A stretch of DNA of 61,314 nt from an uncultured Verrucomicrobiota bacterium (GCA_964566575.1 CAZMKD010000237.1:1-61314); one strand, 5' to 3'; numbered from the stretch's first letter, positions 26,333-37,793 are shown. Notes: a model not told the origin generated them from the sequence alone. Program-made: numbers and translations.

Positions 26333-27073
26333 TTGCAACGCAAGCCAACTCCAATCGTCGCCGGGTGCTGCGGATTCGCAATGGCGCAGCCAAAGTATTA
26401 CCGGACATTTCCCGTTGTCGAGATTGACTCCAGCTTCTACCAACTTCCCAAAGTTGAGACAGCGGCTCGCTGGCGGGCGAGCGCACCGCCGGGGTTCGAG
26501 TTTGCGCTGAAGGCCTGGCAGGTCATCACGCACCCGTCCACCAGTCCGACGTACAAACGGACGCGGATCGACGCGCGCGACCGAGAACACTGCGGGTACT
26601 TCGGCTTCAATCCCACCGTGCGCTGGGCGTGGGACGAGACATTTTCTGTGGCGCGGGAGTTGGGGGCGTTTCTGGTCTTGTTTCAGTGTCCGGCCAGTTT
26701 CCGGGCCACGAAGGATAACGTGGCGCGAATGCGACAGTTCTTCGAACGGGCCAAGCGTGGCCGGTTTCTCATGGGCTGGGAGCCGCGGGGCGATTGGGAC
26801 ATGAACCTCGTTGCCGAACTTTGCCGGGACTTGGATCTCATTCACGTCGTTGACCCATACCGCACCCTGCCGGCGGATCGCGGCAAAGTGCAGTATTTCC
26901 GGTTGCACGGACTGACCGGCTCCAATCACCATTTCAGCCGGGAAGAGTTGACCCGGCTCCGGGGATTCTGCGGTACGAAACGCCCGACCTATTGTTTGTT
27001 CAACAACGTGGCGATGGCCACGGATGCCCAACGGTTTGCCGCCATGGTCACTCCGCAAAATCGACTGCGGTAA
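26333..27073 (+). CDS. DUF72 family protein
   Basis: GCCGF, VEIDSSFY, FALKA, LFQCPASF, WEPRG, YFRLHG, LFNN. Confidence 0.88.
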   Translation: MQRKPTPIVAGCCGFAMAQPKYYRTFPVVEIDSSFYQLPKVETAARWRASAPPGFEFALKAWQVITHPSTSPTYKRTRIDARDREHCGYFGFNPTVRWAWDETFSVARELGAFLVLFQCPASFRATKDNVARMRQFFERAKRGRFLMGWEPRGDWDMNLVAELCRDLDLIHVVDPYRTLPADRGKVQYFRLHGLTGSNHHFSREELTRLRGFCGTKRPTYCLFNNVAMATDAQRFAAMVTPQNRLR

Positions 27074-27590
27074 ACACCTGCAGCCGGGCGTCGGGCTCGC
27101 GCCACGCATCGGGCGGCAGTCCAGCTTTCCAGCACACCGTCTCCAGCGTCTTGCGTTCGTCCCACCCCTGCTCCTGCGCCACCTTCGGCAACAACAGGGC
27201 GTGCCGAACCCCTTTCTCGATAATAATGCCGTGCCGTTGCGCGTCGAAATCCTCCGCGCGCACCAACTCGACCGGCGGCTCGAGCACGGAAATCTCCAGT
27301 CGCAACTCCGGCAATTCCTCCGGTCGCACCCGCTCGAAGCGCGGGTCTTCCAGCGCCGACAGGACGGCCGCATGGACGACGTTTTCCCAGAGCGGCCGGT
27401 CGAAATCCATTTTGCCGATGCAGCCGCGCAGTTCGCCGTGCTTCTTCAACGTGACAAATGTCGCGTGAGGTGAACACAGTCCGGGAGTCAACTCGCCCGC
27501 CGGCACTGTCATCGGTTGTTTCCCGCGGACAGCCTGTTCGATCGCGGAGCGCGCCCATTTCAACAGCGTGGCCTGGTCGGCTGCGTTCAC
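27048..27590 (-). CDS. AMMECR1-domain protein (AmmeMemoRadiSam protein A-like)
   Basis: ATFVTL...GELRGCIG, EDPRF, EISVL, LLLPKVA. Confidence 0.88.
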   Translation of the reverse strand: MNAADQATLLKWARSAIEQAVRGKQPMTVPAGELTPGLCSPHATFVTLKKHGELRGCIGKMDFDRPLWENVVHAAVLSALEDPRFERVRPEELPELRLEISVLEPPVELVRAEDFDAQRHGIIIEKGVRHALLLPKVAQEQGWDERKTLETVCWKAGLPPDAWREPDARLQVFTAVDFAE

Positions 27591-27604
27591 GCCGGCAGTG
27601 TATC

Positions 27605-28087
27605 TCAGCCGGCCAAATCCGGGAAGAGCGACGACGTTTCCGTCGTGGCAGGGTCCGGTAGGAAATCGACCGCCGCGTGTTTCATCGCGGCCACGTCCAT
27701 CGGAATCTGTTTGCACGTCGCCCGGGCGCACACCTTGCCGTCAACGTCGCGCAACTCCGCACTCGACTCCCAGACCCGCCCCCGATCGGCCTCGAACTTC
27801 GCGACGATAAGATACTTTTCGCCCACGGTAACCTTTCGGAGAAAACGCACCGTGAGTTCCGCCGCGAGACAGAAGCGCTTTGTTGTCGTCGCCGCGGCCC
27901 AGAACATTGCTTCGTCGAGCGCCGTCGAGATGATCCCGCCGTGGATGATCTCGCGAAAGCCGGCATGATGGGATGACGGCGTGAAGTCCGCCCGGACCTC
28001 ATCACCGTCCCGGCGGAAACGCAGATGGAGGCCGTGGCTGTTGTGCGCCCCGCAGACGAAACAATTTTTCGTATAGGGGAGTTGCAT
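27605..28087 (-). CDS. PaaI-family hotdog thioesterase
   Basis: CFVCG..N.HGL, IHGGIISTALDEAM. Confidence 0.88.
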   Translation of the reverse strand: MQLPYTKNCFVCGAHNSHGLHLRFRRDGDEVRADFTPSSHHAGFREIIHGGIISTALDEAMFWAAATTTKRFCLAAELTVRFLRKVTVGEKYLIVAKFEADRGRVWESSAELRDVDGKVCARATCKQIPMDVAAMKHAAVDFLPDPATTETSSLFPDLAG

Positions 28088-28090
28088 CCG

Positions 28091-28594
28091 TCAGCCCACC
28101 CATTTCGATACCAACCGGCCCATCAGGTAAATCAAGAACCAACACGGGATGGCGAAGATCAGGATCGCGGCCATGTTCGGCCAGTTCCAGGGAACGAGCC
28201 CGGCCTGCATGGCGTAGAACGTGATGAGGAAGTAGCAGGAGAATCGGGTGTGGCCGAGGACTTCGCACATGGCTTTGTCCTTTTTGCGTAGACCGAGCAC
28301 GATCGCGAACACGCCAATCCCGATCGCGCTGCCGGCCACGACCCACGCCAATGCCTTCGAGGAGAAAATGTAGGAGAGCTTGCTCGCTTTGAGCAAGTGC
28401 CGCATCCAGCTCAGCCCCACCCACAACATCACAAACCCATTGCAAACCGCATGGCTGAAGGAGACTTTCTTCTTGTAGAGTTCCCCGAGGATCAGCGTGG
28501 TGTAAACTGGCAGGATTGGCCAGGCCGTTCCCAGATTGTCGAAGGGCGTGACGAGTAGATGTACGAACTTCACCAAGTACGCTTCCAATGGCAC
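28091..28594 (-). CDS. membrane protein
   Basis: GGAGGAGG RBS before GTG; several TM segments. Confidence 0.7.
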   Translation of the reverse strand: MPLEAYLVKFVHLLVTPFDNLGTAWPILPVYTTLILGELYKKKVSFSHAVCNGFVMLWVGLSWMRHLLKASKLSYIFSSKALAWVVAGSAIGIGVFAIVLGLRKKDKAMCEVLGHTRFSCYFLITFYAMQAGLVPWNWPNMAAILIFAIPCWFLIYLMGRLVSKWVG

Positions 28595-28670
28595 GGCAAC
28601 CTCCTCCTTGTGGCCAGCGTTGATAGCAAATTCGGGTTTGCCGGGCAAGCTTTCGTGTTACAATCGGGCT

Positions 28671-29246
28671 GTGGTTTTGGAAATCGTCAAATATGGTCAC
28701 CCCGCCCTGCGCACGAGAGGCAAACGCATCGAGCACGTCACCGCCGACCTCCGTCATCTGGCCGCCGACATGGTCGAGACGATGTACGCCGCCGAGGGTG
28801 TGGGCCTCGCCGCGCAACAGGTCGGCAAGCCGGTGATGCTCACGGTCATCGACGTTTCGCCCAGCGAACAGCCGTGGACAATGTCGCCGCAATTGCCGAT
28901 GCCGCTCGTGTTACTCAACCCGGTCATCTCCAATCCCCAAGGCGAACAAATCGGCACGGAAGGTTGCCTCAGCGTGCCGGAGCTCAGCGCCCAAGTCCGC
29001 CGCGCCGAACGCGTCACCGTCCGCGCCCGCACGCTCGATGACAAGGAACTTGTCTTCGAATGCACCGGACTCCTCGCTCGCGCGGCCCAACACGAGTTCG
29101 ATCATCTCAACGGCATTCTGTTCATCGACCGCATGGATGCCGCCACGCGCGTCAGTCTGGCCGGCAAGCTCAAGAAGATGAAAAAGGACACCGAAGCCAC
29201 ACTCGACAAGCCCAAGAAAGCCCGTCGCTCGCTCGCCCGGCTCTAA
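28671..29246 (+). CDS. def: peptide deformylase
   Basis: GVGLAAQQ, EGCLS, QHEFDHLNG. Confidence 0.95.
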   Translation: MVLEIVKYGHPALRTRGKRIEHVTADLRHLAADMVETMYAAEGVGLAAQQVGKPVMLTVIDVSPSEQPWTMSPQLPMPLVLLNPVISNPQGEQIGTEGCLSVPELSAQVRRAERVTVRARTLDDKELVFECTGLLARAAQHEFDHLNGILFIDRMDAATRVSLAGKLKKMKKDTEATLDKPKKARRSLARL

Positions 29247-29254
29247 CCGTCCTG

Positions 29255-30055
29255 ATGAATTTCTTCCGCACCCTGTTCGCGTTGTGCGCGCATTTTCGGA
29301 ATTACCGGGCCATCCGCGACGTTCCGATCACCACCTCGCTGAAGTTCATCGCGCGACTGCTCGCACTGCTGACGTTCATCCTGATGCTCAGCGCCGTCCC
29401 GCGCGCGCACACCGGCATCAACGAGTTTGCCACCCACCTTGATCTCAACCGCCCGGACTTCGAGCTGCGCGACGGCAAAGTCGTCACCGCCGCGTCACAA
29501 CCTTGCGCCTGGGGCAACGAGACGCTGCGGTTCATGCTCGACACCACCGGCCGCGCGACCGCCGTCGATTCCAATGCCGCGCAAGGCGTGCTGTTCACGA
29601 CCGACAGCTTCGTGTTCTGGGTGAAACTCACGAACGGTACGGACTCGGTGTTGCGCAGCCACGAATCGAGTCTGGCCGGGTTCCCGAACGGGCCGATCAA
29701 CGGCGACTATTTCCGCGCGATGGTGCGAACGTTTCTGTGGGTGCTCGTCCCGTTCTCGTGGCTGTTTCTGACGTTGGCCGGTCTGCTCGCGTGCCTGATT
29801 CAGGCCTACGTATTCTCGCTGGTCGCCTCGTTGCTGGAACGCGGCCTGCCGCACGGCTTGCAGTTGCCGCAGTTGCTCAACATCGCCACGCACGCCGTCG
29901 CCCCGGCCGCGATCATCATCACCGCCTACAAGGCCATGTGGTTGGAAGGGATCGACCTGTGGCTGATCTATCTGATTGTCTACGGAATCTTTCTCGTCGG
30001 CGCGAGCAACGCCTGCCGGGAATTACCGGCGCGAACCGAAGAACCGTCAGACTGA
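29255..30055 (+). CDS. DUF1189-like membrane protein
   Basis: N-terminal TM, periplasmic region, C-terminal TMs; family call tentative. Confidence 0.6.
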   Translation: MNFFRTLFALCAHFRNYRAIRDVPITTSLKFIARLLALLTFILMLSAVPRAHTGINEFATHLDLNRPDFELRDGKVVTAASQPCAWGNETLRFMLDTTGRATAVDSNAAQGVLFTTDSFVFWVKLTNGTDSVLRSHESSLAGFPNGPINGDYFRAMVRTFLWVLVPFSWLFLTLAGLLACLIQAYVFSLVASLLERGLPHGLQLPQLLNIATHAVAPAAIIITAYKAMWLEGIDLWLIYLIVYGIFLVGASNACRELPARTEEPSD

Positions 30056-30124
30056 GAAACCCTGTCCTGAGCAAAGCGAAACTCGAAGAGGCCGCCTGTT
30101 GTATGGCAGCAAATCTTGCCCCGA

Positions 30125-30502
30125 CTACACGCTAAAACTTTCCCCACACGAGCAGGTGGCCGTCGCGTTCGGATTGTGAATCTTGAACCCGCCCCCGATC
30201 ATCTTGTCTTCGAAATCAATCTGCGAACCGCTCACGTACAGCGCCGACTTCACGTCCACCAACACACGCACCCCGGCACTCTCGATGAGAATGTCCTTGG
30301 GCGTGGCCGGGTTCTTCTCGAAATCCATCTTGTACTCCAACCCGGCACAACCACCGCCGACGATTTTCACGCGCAATGCGCCATCGGCGACGCCATCGCG
30401 CTGCATCAATTGCTGAACCTTGCGCCCGGCCGGCTCGGTCAGCTTGACGAGCTTCTCGCTGCCCATGCGCGGGACAGTTAGCGTTGGAGGTTCCGTGCTC
30501 AT
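30125..30502 (-). CDS. erpA: HesB/IscA/ErpA A-type Fe-S carrier
   Basis: GGGCAGLEY, GF...NPNATATCSCGESF. Confidence 0.88.
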   Translation of the reverse strand: MSTEPPTLTVPRMGSEKLVKLTEPAGRKVQQLMQRDGVADGALRVKIVGGGCAGLEYKMDFEKNPATPKDILIESAGVRVLVDVKSALYVSGSQIDFEDKMIGGGFKIHNPNATATCSCGESFSV

Positions 30503-30532
30503 CGTCACCACTCTATCACATTGCCGGCAAGA

Positions 30533-30991
30533 TTACCGCCGCCGGCGCTGGACCCGGTAAGTCGCCCGGCGTTCCTTGATCACCAGTTTCATCTGAGCCG
30601 CCGGCGGCTCGTCCAAGCCGAGACTTTTCCGAAGTACTTTTCGCGCCACACGGCAATTAACCAGAGCTTCTTGGGCTGCGTCACTTGTGGCTGATTCCCC
30701 GGGGTAGCGAAAATCCACAGCGTAATGAGTCAGCCCGTCAACATTTTCACGCAATGACGCAAGAAGAGGTTCTGCCGGCTGCAACAGTTTCAGCAGCGCC
30801 ACTAGATCGTGCGTCTTCGGAAATGCGATCCCCGCCTCGGCCAATCGCCCTTTGAGGTATTTCTCGGCGCACTGCTGGCAATGAAAGCAGACGATGCCCG
30901 GCACTGGCGATTTCCGTTTCCGGCTCAGATGCCGGGCGGCGGCGTAATCCTCCTCCGCCTTCCCCACCCATTCAGCGGTGAGCGGCTTCAT
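30533..30991 (-). CDS. HEPN-domain protein (COG2250-like)
   Basis: CFHCQQCAEKYLKG, KTHDL, YAVDFRYPG. Confidence 0.88.
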   Translation of the reverse strand: MKPLTAEWVGKAEEDYAAARHLSRKRKSPVPGIVCFHCQQCAEKYLKGRLAEAGIAFPKTHDLVALLKLLQPAEPLLASLRENVDGLTHYAVDFRYPGESATSDAAQEALVNCRVARKVLRKSLGLDEPPAAQMKLVIKERRATYRVQRRRR

Positions 30992-31292
30992 AAAGGACGG
31001 TCCCCTTCTCCAGAATTTCCTGAATGAAACAATCGCCCCAGGCCAGCCGCTGACGAATTTTCTGCGGCGAACGCACCAGTAAGTCCATCGGGAAGGGCGC
31101 ATCCGCTTTGCGCCTAATCTCGATGGCTTTTTCAACACCTCGCCCCTTCAGCGGCATGATCACCAGCAAATCTACATCGGAGTCGCGAGTCGGTCTTCCG
31201 TAAGCGTATGAACCAAACAAGATGATCCGGCGCGGACGAAATTGCCGGGCAATCTCTTGGGCGTACTCGCGAATTTGTCGGCGCGTGACCAT
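30972..31292 (-). CDS. minimal nucleotidyltransferase (MNT)
   Basis: LFGSYAYG...DSDVDLLV, DLLV. Confidence 0.9.
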   Translation of the reverse strand: MVTRRQIREYAQEIARQFRPRRIILFGSYAYGRPTRDSDVDLLVIMPLKGRGVEKAIEIRRKADAPFPMDLLVRSPQKIRQRLAWGDCFIQEILEKGTVLYEAAHR

Positions 31293-31333
31293 AGCGCGTA
31301 AGAAACTACCGACGCGCCCCGCTCGGCGCAACC

Positions 31334-32739
<1,406 letters not shown>

Positions 32740-32743
<4 letters not shown>

Positions 32744-34188
32744 CGTAGTCCAAATACTCCTGCCGCCATGGTGGCTGCCTCGACCAACGGCTGTTGATAA
32801 ATCCCCAGCCCAATCATTGCAAGCATACACACATACAAGCCGGCACGCATCGGCAGACTGACCGGGATCGGCGACGCGTCTTTGGCTTCCTCAATGTAGA
32901 TCGCGCGGCCGACGTTAAAATAGTAATACAGCGACACGACCACCGCCCCTGCGCCGATGCCGGCTAGCACATAATAATGCCAATTGGTCCGCGCGGCTTC
33001 GATCACGGCGGCGAAGAGTTGGAACTTCCCGAAGAATCCGCTCAGCGGAGGAATGCCGGCCAGCGACGCCATCGCGAGGAACAATGCCACGCCCAGAATC
33101 GGCGACCGTTTCCCCAGCCCGGCAAAGCTCGCAATCTCCTCGCTCTTCGTCGCCCCGGTCACGGCGATGATCGCAAGAAACGCGCACAAGTTCGTGAACG
33201 CATACTGCACGAGGTAAAACATTACGGCTTGCACGCCGAGTTGATTCACCGCCGCCACGCCCATCAGCATGTACCCGGCATGACCGATCGAGGAATACCC
33301 GAGCAGGCGCTTGATGTTGTGCTGCGAAATCGCGCCGAGATTGCCGTACAGCAATGTCGCCGCCGACAGCACAAGGATTACCGGCATCCACACGCCACGC
33401 ACCGGCAGCAATCCGGTCATCATCACGCGCAATAACAACGCAAACCCCGCCGCCTTGCTCCCGACCGCGAGGAAGGCGGTGACCGGCGTTGGCGCGCCCT
33501 GGTAAACGTCCGGCGCCCACAGCTGGAATGGCACGCTCGCGATCTTGAAGCCGAGCCCGGTCAATACCAACAGCATCCCCAAGACAAATGGTGGCGCCGG
33601 CGTCCCGGCCTGCGTCCGCAGGATTTCTGCAAGCGTGTCAAAGTTGGTCGTGCCGGTGGTTCCGAAGATGTAGGCAATGCCGTAGACGGTGAAGCCACTG
33701 GAGAGCGCGCCAAGAATCAGATACTTCGTGCCGGCTTCCAGCGATTGGCTCTGCCGGCGCAGGAAACTCGTCAGTACGTAGAAGGTGATCGTCACGAGTT
33801 CGAGCGCCACGAACAGCAAGATGAAGTCGTTCACCGACGCGATGATCAGCATCCCGGTCGCACAGAGCAACACCAGCGCGTAGAACTCAGCGACGCCGGT
33901 CTCAAACCGTTCCGCGAATTCTGCGCCCATCAACAACACAAACGCCGTCGCCAGTAAGAACAGCCGTTTGAAGAACAACGCAAACGCATCGAGCCGGTAC
34001 ATCCCGTGAAACAGCGGCTCCGGCAGCGTCGGCATGAGAAAGCTCGCCGCCAACGCCATCGCCACCAGCCCGGCCAGCACGTAGCCGAGCTTGCGTTTGT
34101 CGCCCGACGGTCGAAACGCATCCGTCAACAGCGTCCCGATGGCGAGCAACGCCAGCAAACATTCAAGCTGTGTGGCGTAGAGGCTCAC
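32740..34188 (-). CDS. nuoN: NADH-quinone oxidoreductase subunit N
   Basis: EAGTKY, FKIASVPFQLWAPDVYQGAPTP, KRLLGYSSI. Confidence 0.95.
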
Positions 34189-35774
34189 CGATGCACCTCT
34201 AGCGCAGCTTTGTCATTCCGAGCAGGGCGAGGAATCTCTGTCGGGCCGGGAGGGTTGAGATTCCTCACTTCGTTCGGAATGACAGGTGAATAAGTAACGA
34301 TTCGTTGCACACTCGGCTTGATGATGTCCGTCAGCAATCGCGGCCAGAAACCGACCGTCAGCAGCACCGCGATCAGAAACGCATACGGGAACTTCTGCTT
34401 CAGAGTCGTCGCGTCCTTGAGCATGTTCCACTTCTCATCGAACGGACCAAAGAAACTCGTCCGCACCGCCCGCAACAAATACGTCGCCGTGACCACGATG
34501 CCCCAGATTGCACAGATCGTCGCGATGCGGAACAGCGTCGAGCCTTGTTTCCACGCGCCGATGAAGACCATGACTTCGCTGACAAAATTCGCGAACCCCG
34601 GTAACCCGCTCGACGCCATCACGGCCATCACCATGCATACGCCGATGAACGGAATCTTCCGTGCCAGCCCGCTCAGGTCCGGCACGTTGCGGTTGTGCGT
34701 CTGATGATAGAAGAAGCCGATCAACGAGAACGTCAGCGCCGCCATCACGCCGTGCGCGAACATCAACAGCACCGCGCCGGTCACGCCGATCACATTCAAC
34801 GTCGCGATCCCCAGCAGCACGTACCCCATGTGACTGACCGAGCTATAGCCGATGACAAACTTCCAATCCTTCTGCGTCAGCGCCGCCCAACCGGCGTAGA
34901 GAATATTGAAGCACGCCAGAATCGCCAGCAAGTCCACCCACTGCCGCGCCCCCTCCGGCAACAGCGGCAAGGCCAACCGGATGATGCCGTACGCGCCAAG
35001 TTTCTTCAGCACGCCGGCATGCATCATCGAGGCGGCCGTCGGCGCAGACGCGTAGCCGAGCGGCGACCACGTGTGAAACGGAAACAGCGACGCGAGGAAA
35101 CCAAACCCAAACAACAACGCCGCAAACACCCACTTCTGATTCAGACCGGACCCGCGGAGATTCTCCTTCAACTGCACCATGTCCATCGTCCGTCCGCCCG
35201 CGTAGTACATCGTCAGCAACCCGACCAACGCCAGCACTGCGCCCGCCGTCAGGTACAGCGTCAACTTCATCGTCGCATATTCCTTCGTCCGCCCGTGCTT
35301 ACCGGCGGGCAGCGACCCGTACATGCCGATGAGCAAATACATCGGGATCACCGCCATCTCGTAAAAGAAGTAAAAGAAAAACATATCCATCGCGCAAAAC
35401 GTCCCGCTGATGCCGGTCGTCAACGCGAGAAACAAAATGTAGTACTCCTTCTCCCGCTCATGGATTTCGTGCGAAACCAGCGCCCCGCAGAACGACACGA
35501 TCCCGACGAGCAACAGCAACGTCATCGAAATCCCGTCCACGCCTAACTTCAGATTGATCCCGAGCGACTTCACCCACTCGTGCGTGAACACAAACTGATA
35601 CCCAGCATCCTGCCTGTCAAACCGTGAGAAGATATACAGCGTCAACACCAACGACACACCCGTTGCGAAAAGCGCCAACGCCCGAATCGCTCCCGGCTTC
35701 TTTGCCGGCAGCAGAAATGCCAAGAACGCCGACGCCAGCGGCAGCAGGACGGCTATGGTCAGTAAGTTTCCCAT
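34185..35774 (-). CDS. nuoM: NADH-quinone oxidoreductase subunit M
   Basis: GVDGIS, FYEMAVIPMY, PFHTWSP, HAGVLKK, GLPGFANFVSE. Confidence 0.95.
   Translation of the reverse strand: MGNLLTIAVLLPLASAFLAFLLPAKKPGAIRALALFATGVSLVLTLYIFSRFDRQDAGYQFVFTHEWVKSLGINLKLGVDGISMTLLLLVGIVSFCGALVSHEIHEREKEYYILFLALTTGISGTFCAMDMFFFYFFYEMAVIPMYLLIGMYGSLPAGKHGRTKEYATMKLTLYLTAGAVLALVGLLTMYYAGGRTMDMVQLKENLRGSGLNQKWVFAALLFGFGFLASLFPFHTWSPLGYASAPTAASMMHAGVLKKLGAYGIIRLALPLLPEGARQWVDLLAILACFNILYAGWAALTQKDWKFVIGYSSVSHMGYVLLGIATLNVIGVTGAVLLMFAHGVMAALTFSLIGFFYHQTHNRNVPDLSGLARKIPFIGVCMVMAVMASSGLPGFANFVSEVMVFIGAWKQGSTLFRIATICAIWGIVVTATYLLRAVRTSFFGPFDEKWNMLKDATTLKQKFPYAFLIAVLLTVGFWPRLLTDIIKPSVQRIVTYSPVIPNEVRNLNPPGPTEIPRPARNDKAALEVHR
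34211..34284. repeat. palindromic element copy 1, inside nuoM 3' end
   Basis: TGTCATTCCGAGC..CGAGGAATCTC / GAGATTCCTC..TTCGGAATGACA. Confidence 0.85.
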
Positions 35775-35827
35775 TTGTCTAGTTTGTCATTCTGAGTGCA
35801 GCGAAGAATCTCTGTTGGTCGTGTCTA

Positions 35828-36463
35828 TCATGCAGCTGTCTTTCTCCAAATCGCTAGACAGCTATAATCTGTGTGGGTTATTCGCCCGCGCAGTCCGATG
35901 TCCAACTGGCGAACCTGACCGTTGAAGTTAAGCACCGCAGACAACCGGATGCCAACGGCGACCACTTGGTCAGTCGCCGGGTCGTGCACAAATGCGACAT
36001 TGCTCTGTTCGTCATAGCCAAGTAGCAGCCACATGTGGCAACAAGCCGGACTTAGAGCGCCCGATTGCCAGTCGAGCATCCAAGTTGACACAACTACCGG
36101 GTGCTCTTGCACTGCGTGTTTCTTGATGAAGTCGAGCGCCTGCTCGGCCTTTGCGACGTCAAACGGGTTTTGGTCGCCCTGCTCAGTGAACACTTCGGTC
36201 GCAAAAACCGATGAAAACGTGGAGTGATTTTCGAGAGCTTGCACAATTCCGAAACCCACATCTTTCAGTTGCTCGTTCACATTGCTTTCGATTTGCTTGT
36301 TGTTGAGCGCATACCAAGCATCACGGATCTTCTCTTGTGAGAATTCCTCCGTGCCGAGCAAACGAGTGGCATTCGAGATAGACGCAGGGATACACCAGAA
36401 ATGCCCAGCTTGCCGGGTATTCTTACCAAGAATGCCTTGGAATTTTCTCAGCAGTTCACTCAT
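35828..36463 (-). CDS. C39-like papain-fold cysteine peptidase
   Basis: Q.....WC, HMWLLLGYD, HDP motifs; alternative start 36511. Confidence 0.7.
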   Translation of the reverse strand: MSELLRKFQGILGKNTRQAGHFWCIPASISNATRLLGTEEFSQEKIRDAWYALNNKQIESNVNEQLKDVGFGIVQALENHSTFSSVFATEVFTEQGDQNPFDVAKAEQALDFIKKHAVQEHPVVVSTWMLDWQSGALSPACCHMWLLLGYDEQSNVAFVHDPATDQVVAVGIRLSAVLNFNGQVRQLDIGLRGRITHTDYSCLAIWRKTAA

Positions 36464-36550
36464 GAATTCTCGTTCTTCAGGCGATTGATCGATAATCAAC
36501 GCGCTGCGCAACTGTAGTCGGCGATAGACGACCCAGCAGGATTGCCGCGT

Positions 36551-37663
36551 TCACCTAGAAGACCTCCTTACAAGTTTTCCGGTTATCGGATCGCCCCCGA
36601 AATTGATGCCTTTATACTCAGTAAGGTTCTCATTGAAGCGCAGATGAGCTCTAGTTGGATTTTCGAGTTGTGCTCGTCCAAGACTTCCCATCCTTATGAT
36701 CGCCTCTCGCTCTCCCACGGATTCGACAAACGCTTCCCATCCGTGACGTGGGCATTGTACGCGCAGGGTGTCGTCGATAGTGATCGTCTCGACAGTGTCT
36801 CCAGGTGACCCCCCTGTCCAAGTCCAAGTTGAGTTCCTAAGGATCGTCGCTAGACGGGGACCGGTGCTGCTCCCGGAGCGACCTGACTGTTCCGGTCTCG
36901 GCGTCTTAGTTTCTGTAACATCGTCGGCAGTTTCCGATTCTGAAAGCCCTTTCTGCAAACGCTCAATCCTTCCTACCAAGTCTGTGACTTCCACAGGAAC
37001 AACTAGGGGTGAGGTTCCAACCTTGATTGTGAGTTGTGTTCCATCCACTTTCATTAACCGGTACGTCTCGCCTCTCGACAAGCCCTGTACCCCGACCCTC
37101 TGCCCTTCGACGATTATCGGAAACGAAACGCTCTGAGTCATGGTCACAAACTTCGGCATTTGCTCCGCACTCAGTTCCATGCCGCGTGCGGGGTTGACAA
37201 CCTCGTACTTCTTCTGGATTTTCTGAATCTCTTTCTGGGCGTTGACGGCGTCGTCGAGCTTGTTATCGATGGTCAGCTTTCGCTTCATATCCTCAAGCTG
37301 AGTGAGGTAGCTTCTTGCGATTTCCTCTGCCGATTTCTTAGGCGCTGCCAGAAACTTGTTCTGAAGGTCTCGAAGCTTAACGGGTATATCAACTACGTGT
37401 TTCAGGTCTAAAGACTTCTCCGAGGCAAATCGCTCGATTTCCTTCTTCACGGCAAGAGTCTTGTCTAGGTCGCCCTGTAGACGGAACTCATCAGCAAGTT
37501 TGTCCAAGGCTGCCCCGTAGTCTTGAAGCAGTTGCGCCTTGGTTTTCAGCACTTCGGCGTCACACTTCTCAGCAGCCCCCTGGTAGGACTCCAATGCACT
37601 TGCCGGCCTCACACCCAGTAGTATTACGAATGCCATCACGAGACTCACCGCAATAGTTTTCAT
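36551..37663 (-). CDS. secreted coiled-coil hypothetical protein
   Basis: GGAGG RBS, signal peptide, long coiled coil, beta-rich C-terminus. Confidence 0.8.
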   Translation of the reverse strand: MKTIAVSLVMAFVILLGVRPASALESYQGAAEKCDAEVLKTKAQLLQDYGAALDKLADEFRLQGDLDKTLAVKKEIERFASEKSLDLKHVVDIPVKLRDLQNKFLAAPKKSAEEIARSYLTQLEDMKRKLTIDNKLDDAVNAQKEIQKIQKKYEVVNPARGMELSAEQMPKFVTMTQSVSFPIIVEGQRVGVQGLSRGETYRLMKVDGTQLTIKVGTSPLVVPVEVTDLVGRIERLQKGLSESETADDVTETKTPRPEQSGRSGSSTGPRLATILRNSTWTWTGGSPGDTVETITIDDTLRVQCPRHGWEAFVESVGEREAIIRMGSLGRAQLENPTRAHLRFNENLTEYKGINFGGDPITGKLVRRSSR

Positions 37664-37793
37664 ACAAGGTCCTCCGATATGTGTTGTACTCGATTGAATT
37701 CGTCGCTGAAAATATCGAGTCTAATCCCAGCAAGCCACCCGAACGACGGAGATTCTTCGCTGCGCTCAGAATGACAGATGGGGAGAGCGAGCT

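Larger units (their letters stand above)
35785..37776. mobile_element. palindromic element copy 2 with arms enclosing 1.9 kb of cargo
   Basis: Arms 35785-35812 and 37749-37776 are 27/28 complementary. Confidence 0.8.

Noticed and set aside
36512-36550. Spacer between the two cargo genes as an attC site
   Set aside because: No L boxes and no complementary R''/R' pair found
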